Source of the DNA: Escherichia coli
GTDB lineage: Bacteria > Pseudomonadota > Gammaproteobacteria > Enterobacterales > Enterobacteriaceae
Length of the DNA stretch: 64,000 bases
Assembly (NCBI RefSeq): GCF_036507355.1
Contig: NZ_AP027877.1
Direction: 5' to 3' (one strand)
The notes under the pieces are model-generated. The model did no database searches, was not told where the DNA came from, and saw nothing but the letters and a program-made list of their open reading frames with translations. This document shows positions 54,701 through 64,000 of the stretch, in pieces. Position 1 is the stretch's first letter, and each line of letters begins with the position of its first letter. A program made the translations under genes and the position numbers.

Positions 54701-55709
54701 GGCTACGTACTCCTTTAATCAGACTGATAAAGCGTTGCGACTGAACAATCAGCACACAAAGCACCACCACCGCTTTCACCACCTGGTTCATCTCCGGCGG
54801 AAAGCCCGAAAGCAAAATTCCGGTGTTCATCCCCTGAATAATCAGCGCCCCCACCACCGAAAGCAGCAGGTTAAAGCGCCCGCCCATCAGCGATCCGCCG
54901 CCAATCACCACCGCGAGAATGGCGTCCAGCTCCAGCCATAACCCGGCGTTATTGGCATCGGCACCGCGAATATCCGCCGCCACGATAATGCCCGCAATCG
55001 CCGCACATAGCCCGCTCAACACGTAGGTGAGCATGACGATGATTCGTGTGTTGACTCCGGCATTTTTTGCCGCCCGAATGTTGATACCAACGGCTTCGAT
55101 AAACATCCCCAGCGCCGTTTTGCGGGTCAACAGCCAGAACAGGAGAAGCGTCAGCACCGCGATAATGACCGGCGTTGGCAGGAACAACAGCGATCCGCTG
55201 CCAAACCATGAGAGATCCGGCGAGTTAAACGTGACGATCTGCCCGGCGGTGATCAGTTGCGCCACGCCGCGCCCGGCGACCATCAGGATCAGGGTGGCGA
55301 CAAACGGCTGAATTTTGAGGATCGCTACCAGTATGCCGTTCCACAATCCCGCCAGGATGCCGGTGCCCAGGGCGCTTAACAAAACAATCGGCAGGCTGAA
55401 TCCCGCGACCGTCATCGCAGCCGTTGTGGCTCCGGCGATAGCCATCACCGCCCCCACAGAGAGATCGATACCACCGGTGGCGATCACCAGCGTCATACCA
55501 ATCGCCAGTAACGCAACGGGAGCTGCACGGTTAAGAATGTCGATAGGGCTACCGAACAAACGCCCATCCTGAAGCACCACCTGCCAGAAATGGGGGGCTA
55601 CCAGGCTATCGACCAGCAGCACCAGCAACAGTGCCGCCAGCTGCGGCATCCCCGTCGGCCAGTGAAAACGCCTTTTTGGCGGCGTAGTGTCAGGGAGAGA
55701 TTGAGGCAT
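54687..55709 (-). CDS. ytfT: Galactofuranose ABC transporter permease YtfT
   Basis: ORF 54687..55733(-); probable start MPQSLPDTTPPKRRFHWPTG; multi-pass permease. Confidence 0.85.
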   Translation of the reverse strand: MPQSLPDTTPPKRRFHWPTGMPQLAALLLVLLVDSLVAPHFWQVVLQDGRLFGSPIDILNRAAPVALLAIGMTLVIATGGIDLSVGAVMAIAGATTAAMTVAGFSLPIVLLSALGTGILAGLWNGILVAILKIQPFVATLILMVAGRGVAQLITAGQIVTFNSPDLSWFGSGSLLFLPTPVIIAVLTLLLFWLLTRKTALGMFIEAVGINIRAAKNAGVNTRIIVMLTYVLSGLCAAIAGIIVAADIRGADANNAGLWLELDAILAVVIGGGSLMGGRFNLLLSVVGALIIQGMNTGILLSGFPPEMNQVVKAVVVLCVLIVQSQRFISLIKGVRSHDKT

Positions 55710-55722
55710 CACACTGTTCTCC

Positions 55723-57235
55723 TTACGCCGCAATGGCGTTCATGATCGCCGGAACGGAAAGCTGTGCCAGCGGGATCTCCGCCACCTGTTTGCGATCGCG
55801 CATGATGATCACCCGGTCGGCATAGCCCACCAGCTCTTCCAGTTCGGAGGAGATCACCAGCAGCGCCAGACCGTCAGCACACAGCGTTTCAATCAGGCGG
55901 ATGATCTCGGCGTGGGCACCAACATCAATGCCACGGGTTGGCTCATCAAGGATCAGAAATTGCGGTCGGGTTAGTAGCCAACGTGAAAGCAGCACTTTTT
56001 GCTGATTGCCACCGGAGAGAAATTCAATCGGTTGTTCAGTTGAAGGTGTGCGAATGCCAAGCTGGCGGATAAAGCGTTCGGCAATCTCTTGCTGCTCTTT
56101 GCGGGAAATGGGTCGTAGCCAGCCGCGCTGGGCCTGGAGAGCGAGGATGATATTTTCCCGCACCGAGGCGGCGGCGATGATGCCATCGGTTTTCCTGTCT
56201 TCCGGGCAGAATCCGATGCCCAGTACTGAAGCCTGATGTGGCGATCGCAGGGTTTGCGGTTTGCCTTTGATCAACGCCGTGCCGCTGTCAGCAGGTTTGA
56301 TACCGAAGATCACTTCGGCGGTTTCGGTACGTCCGGATCCCAGCAAGCCAGCCAGACCGACGATCTCGCCGGGGTGCACTTCGAGATCAAACGGTGCTAT
56401 CGTTCCTTTTTTGCCGTAATTTTTGAACGCGGCAACGGGTTTGTCGCTCAACAATGTTCGCCCGGCACGCTGTAGCGCGTGGGTATCCAGCTCGCGCCCC
56501 AGCATCATTTTTACCAGTTCGATCTGCGGTAGCTCGCGCGTTTCCCGACAGCCTACGAAACTGCCGTTGCGTAAGACGGTGATCCGATCGCTGACCTGAT
56601 AGACCTGATCGAGAAAGTGAGTGACAAAGATCAGGCTGACGCCGCGATCGCGCAACTGACGCATCAGGCCAAATAATAGCTCCACTTCCTGGGTGTCGAG
56701 GCTGGCGGTGGGTTCATCGAGGATCAGCACTTTGGCGGAGAGATCGATAGCCCGGCAAATGGCGACGATTTGCTGCATCGCCACCGAAAAACGGTTAAGC
56801 GGTTCGCGCACGTCGAGGGAGAAACCGTAAGATGCCATCAGTTCGGTGGCGCGCTTTTCCATCTCTTTACGGCGTAGAAGGCCGAAACGTTTGGGTTCGC
56901 GACCTATGAATAGATTATCAGCAACCGACATATTGGGTAGCAGGTTGACTTCCTGATAGACGGTGCCGATACCGAGTTGTTGTGCATGGGCGGTATTTTT
57001 CGGTGAGATAGCCTGGCCTTCCAGCCAGATGGTGCCGCGATCGGCGTGGTATACACCAGTTAATGCTTTGATTAGCTTTGATTAGCGTTGATTTTCCCGC
57101 CCCGTTTTCACCAAGCAGCGCCATGATTTCGCCACGGCGCAGGCTGAAATCAACGTTGTCTAACGCTTTGACGCCGGGGAAAAATTTACTTAATCCTTCG
57201 GTGCGGAGGATCTCCTGGTGTTGGTCGGTCGTCAT
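55723..57235 (-). pseudogene. ytfR: ABC transporter ATPase YtfR, disrupted by a frameshift from a 10-bp tandem duplication
   Basis: Two ORFs (56918..57235 and 55723..56931, minus strand) cover one tandem-ABC ATPase; frame breaks after Walker A ([13 protein letters not shown]); GCTTTGATTA is duplicated in tandem at 57065-57084, and removing one copy restores ...[63 protein letters not shown]... Confidence 0.75.
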
Positions 57236-57239
57236 GGTT

Positions 57240-57365
57240 TCCCCCGGTGTAAAGCGTGCTCCCAGTAGGCATGATAAGACGCGGTAAGCGTCGAATCAGG
57301 CTTCAGTGCACCATCGCCGGATGCGGCGCGAGCGCCTTATCCGGCCTACGAATCGGCATCAGGCA
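57240..57365. repeat. REP elements between ytfR and ytfQ
   Basis: GCATGATAAGACGCGGTAAGCGTCGAATCAGGC...GCCGGATGCGGCGCGAGCGCCTTATCCGGCCTAC. Confidence 0.5.
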
Positions 57366-57374
57366 TAGCAACCC

Positions 57375-58331
57375 TCAATACCCCATATTTTTCTTCTTCT
57401 CTAACTCTTCTTTTGCGGTATCAGGCAGGTAAAGGGTGGATTTGGTTAACGTCAGCTTTTCAGGCATGGTGCCGTCTTTTTTGTATTTCTCCAGCGCATC
57501 GAAAGCGGGTCCTGCCATGTTCGGCGTCAGTTCAACACTGGCGTTCGCTTCGCCATCCATCATCGCTTTGTAGATGTCCGGTACACCGTCAATGGAACCC
57601 GTGAGGATATCTTTGCCCGGTTTCAGGCCCGCTTCTTTAATTGCCTGAATTGCACCAATCACCATGTCGTCGTTATGGGCGTAAACCATGCAGATGTTTT
57701 TGCCGTTGTTTTCCGCTTTGATAAAGCTCTCCATGACTTCTTTGCCTTTACTGCGGGTGAAGTCACCTGACTGCGAGCGGATAATTTTGATATTTGGCGC
57801 ATTCTTAATGGCTTCGGCAAAGCCTTTCTTACGGTCAATGGCGACGCTGGCCCCAACGGTGCCCTGCAGCTCCACCACGTTGCATGGTTTGCCATTCACT
57901 TCTTTTACCAGCCAGTCACCGATCAACTTACCTTCGAGGATGTTGTCGGCAGTAACGGTGGTCATATAGAGAGATTTGTCTTTCACATCGATGGAACGGT
58001 CGAGCAAGAAGACCGGGATTTCGGCATCTTTCGCCTCTTTTAATACCGGTTCCCAACCCGTCGCAACCACTGGAGCGATAAAGATCGCATCCACCCCTTG
58101 TGCAACGAAGGAACGTACCGCTTTAATCTGGTTTTCCTGCTTTTGCTGACCATCGGCAATTTTCAACGTAATTCCGCGTTTTTCGGCCTCACTTTTCGCC
58201 ACATTGGTTTCTGCGGCGCGCCAGCCGGATTCCGATCCGACCTGCGAAAATCCTACGGTTAATGGAGCGGCCAACGCCATAGACGACATGGCTGCCGAGA
58301 CTGCAGAGACTACAAGTAAGCGTTTCCACAT
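57375..58331 (-). CDS. ytfQ: Galactofuranose-binding periplasmic protein
   Basis: 318-aa ORF with signal peptide MWKRLLVVSAVSAAMSSMALA and periplasmic sugar-binding fold sequence. Confidence 0.9.
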   Translation of the reverse strand: MWKRLLVVSAVSAAMSSMALAAPLTVGFSQVGSESGWRAAETNVAKSEAEKRGITLKIADGQQKQENQIKAVRSFVAQGVDAIFIAPVVATGWEPVLKEAKDAEIPVFLLDRSIDVKDKSLYMTTVTADNILEGKLIGDWLVKEVNGKPCNVVELQGTVGASVAIDRKKGFAEAIKNAPNIKIIRSQSGDFTRSKGKEVMESFIKAENNGKNICMVYAHNDDMVIGAIQAIKEAGLKPGKDILTGSIDGVPDIYKAMMDGEANASVELTPNMAGPAFDALEKYKKDGTMPEKLTLTKSTLYLPDTAKEELEKKKNMGY

Positions 58332-58640
58332 AGGGTTGTCCTCGTCGGGGTAATTATTATTGGTGAAAAGATGTTCGCGAAAAAACTATAGACAATTCGT
58401 TATGTAACGGATTGCGTTACATCACACTTCAAAAAAGTAAATAAAACGTTAATCACAAGTTTGTAATCGCTTTCATCTCACTATGAAAAATGCGGCTACG
58501 GTTATGGATTTTCCTGCTCTGTATACCGTCTTAAAACTGGCGAAAAAGGAAAATGAAGACGAAAACAAGCAAAGACATTCGGCGCGAGTTGGCTATAATA
58601 CTCGGCACTTGTTTGCCACATATTTTTAAAGGAAACAGAC

Positions 58641-59171
58641 ATGAGCTTACTCAACGTCCCTGCGGGTAAAGATCTGCCGGAAGACATCTACGTTGTTATT
58701 GAGATCCCGGCTAACGCAGATCCGATCAAATACGAAATCGACAAAGAGAGCGGCGCACTGTTCGTTGACCGCTTCATGTCCACCGCGATGTTCTATCCGT
58801 GCAACTACGGTTACATCAACCACACCCTGTCTCTGGACGGTGACCCGGTTGACGTACTGGTCCCGACTCCGTACCCGCTGCAGCCGGGTTCTGTGATCCG
58901 TTGCCGTCCGGTTGGCGTTCTGAAAATGACCGACGAAGCCGGTGAAGATGCGAAACTGGTTGCGGTTCCGCACAGCAAGCTGAGCAAAGAATACGATCAC
59001 ATTAAAGACGTAAACGATCTGCCTGAACTGCTGAAAGCGCAAATCGCTCACTTCTTCGAGCACTACAAAGACCTCGAAAAAGGCAAGTGGGTGAAAGTTG
59101 AAGGTTGGGAAAACGCAGAAGCCGCTAAAGCTGAAATCGTTGCTTCCTTCGAGCGCGCAAAGAATAAATAA
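58641..59171 (+). CDS. ppa: Inorganic pyrophosphatase
   Basis: 176-aa [49 protein letters not shown]... with DGDPVDVLV motif. Confidence 0.95.
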   Translation: MSLLNVPAGKDLPEDIYVVIEIPANADPIKYEIDKESGALFVDRFMSTAMFYPCNYGYINHTLSLDGDPVDVLVPTPYPLQPGSVIRCRPVGVLKMTDEAGEDAKLVAVPHSKLSKEYDHIKDVNDLPELLKAQIAHFFEHYKDLEKGKWVKVEGWENAEAAKAEIVASFERAKNK

Positions 59172-59187
59172 GTTCTTCTAGCGCAAT

Positions 59188-59228
59188 AACCCTGAACGCC
59201 GGGCTTCGGTTAGTAAGGGTTTTTTTAT
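59188..59228 (+). terminator. Probable rho-independent terminator after ppa
   Basis: ACCCTGAACGCCGGGCTTCGGTTAGTAAGGGTTTTTTTA: stem-loop followed by 7 T. Confidence 0.5.
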
Positions 59229-59550
59229 GCCCGCGATAAATAAACTCTCTATTCCACCATCATTATTCTCAGCGGTTGCAAGGCTTGAACGGTAAGAACA
59301 AGCAAACCCGACCACCATTTTGCTGTTCATAGCCACTTGCTGGAAGTTAGCCGACCTCACTCATACTCACCGTTCAAAGCGTGCCCCCGTTTTACCCCTG
59401 CACATTTGTGAACGCCAGCAGAGTTTTTTATGCGATTGCAGATATGGAAAGCGGCTCGGAGAGAAAAGCAAAAGATGGAAAAGTTACAAAAAAAAATCGC
59501 GAGATACATCGCATAAAACAACGCCACCCGAAGGTGGCGTGCTTTTATTA

Positions 59551-59892
59551 TTACTTATCCCTGTCTAACCAGTCGCCGCTTTCAATTAGCTTTAATCCAT
59601 CGACGGGTCGTTGATAAACGTACATCCATGCACTCCCGTACGGCGTCTGAATCAACTGGCGCGCGTATTCACCGCCCCTGGTGCGCAAGGCATCAAGTTC
59701 GGCCAGCGTGGCGTTGTCAATACGATAAACTTCACCGTGTACCGTTCCGTTCCCCGGAACTGCGCCTGGATAGTGGCCCAGGCTATACAACTGGTAGTTA
59801 TCGATACTGAAATCGCCCAGTAACTGGGCATTGGTCATCCAGTGACTGTTGCCTTGTTTGTGGCGTAAACTGCCGTAGACAAATATTCGCAT
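59551..59892 (-). CDS. ytfP: Gamma-glutamylcyclotransferase-family protein
   Basis: 113-aa ORF MRIFVYGSLRHKQGNSHWMTNAQLLGDF... (YGSL motif). Confidence 0.85.
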   Translation of the reverse strand: MRIFVYGSLRHKQGNSHWMTNAQLLGDFSIDNYQLYSLGHYPGAVPGNGTVHGEVYRIDNATLAELDALRTRGGEYARQLIQTPYGSAWMYVYQRPVDGLKLIESGDWLDRDK

Positions 59893-59894
59893 TG

Positions 59895-64000
<4,106 letters not shown>

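Overview
The window reads as an Escherichia coli chromosomal segment, in reverse orientation to the K-12 map as I remember it. Gene names come from reading the six-frame translations against remembered E. coli proteins; no database search was run.

Layout:
- 1-5.8 kb: fimE (partial), fimB, the long fimB-nanC regulatory spacer, and nanC-nanM-nanS.
- 5.8-16.9 kb: an AT-rich mosaic accessory island that abuts the 3' end of tRNA-Leu (leuX, minus strand, 16889-16973). It holds an HNH remnant, a HUH/YfjJ-like protein, two tandem Cys-rich zinc-ribbon paralogs, an IS66-family element, a secreted phytase-like protein, an IS3-family remnant, an IS1, a serine-recombinase + DUF4062/TIR-like two-gene operon, and a 304-aa orphan protein. 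No tyrosine integrase sits next to leuX.
- 16.9-64 kb: conserved core genes (ahr, yjgR, lptGF, pepA, holC, valS, yjgN, yjgM, rraB, argI, yjgL, tabA, bdcR, bdcA, yjgH, pyrLBI, ridA, mgtLA, treRBC, nrdDG, cybC, pmbA, yjgA, mpl, fbp, yjfF, ytfT, ytfR, ytfQ, ppa, ytfP, tamB, tamA partial), with REP/BIME clusters in several intergenic gaps.

Best candidates for an undescribed system are the recombinase + DUF4062-like operon (13066-14611, with three TGCCAGAAAA repeats upstream) and the orphan gene at 15461-16375. Both are hypotheses from sequence alone. The clearest directly observed anomaly is a perfect 10-bp tandem duplication that frameshifts ytfR. No CRISPR array or rRNA was seen.
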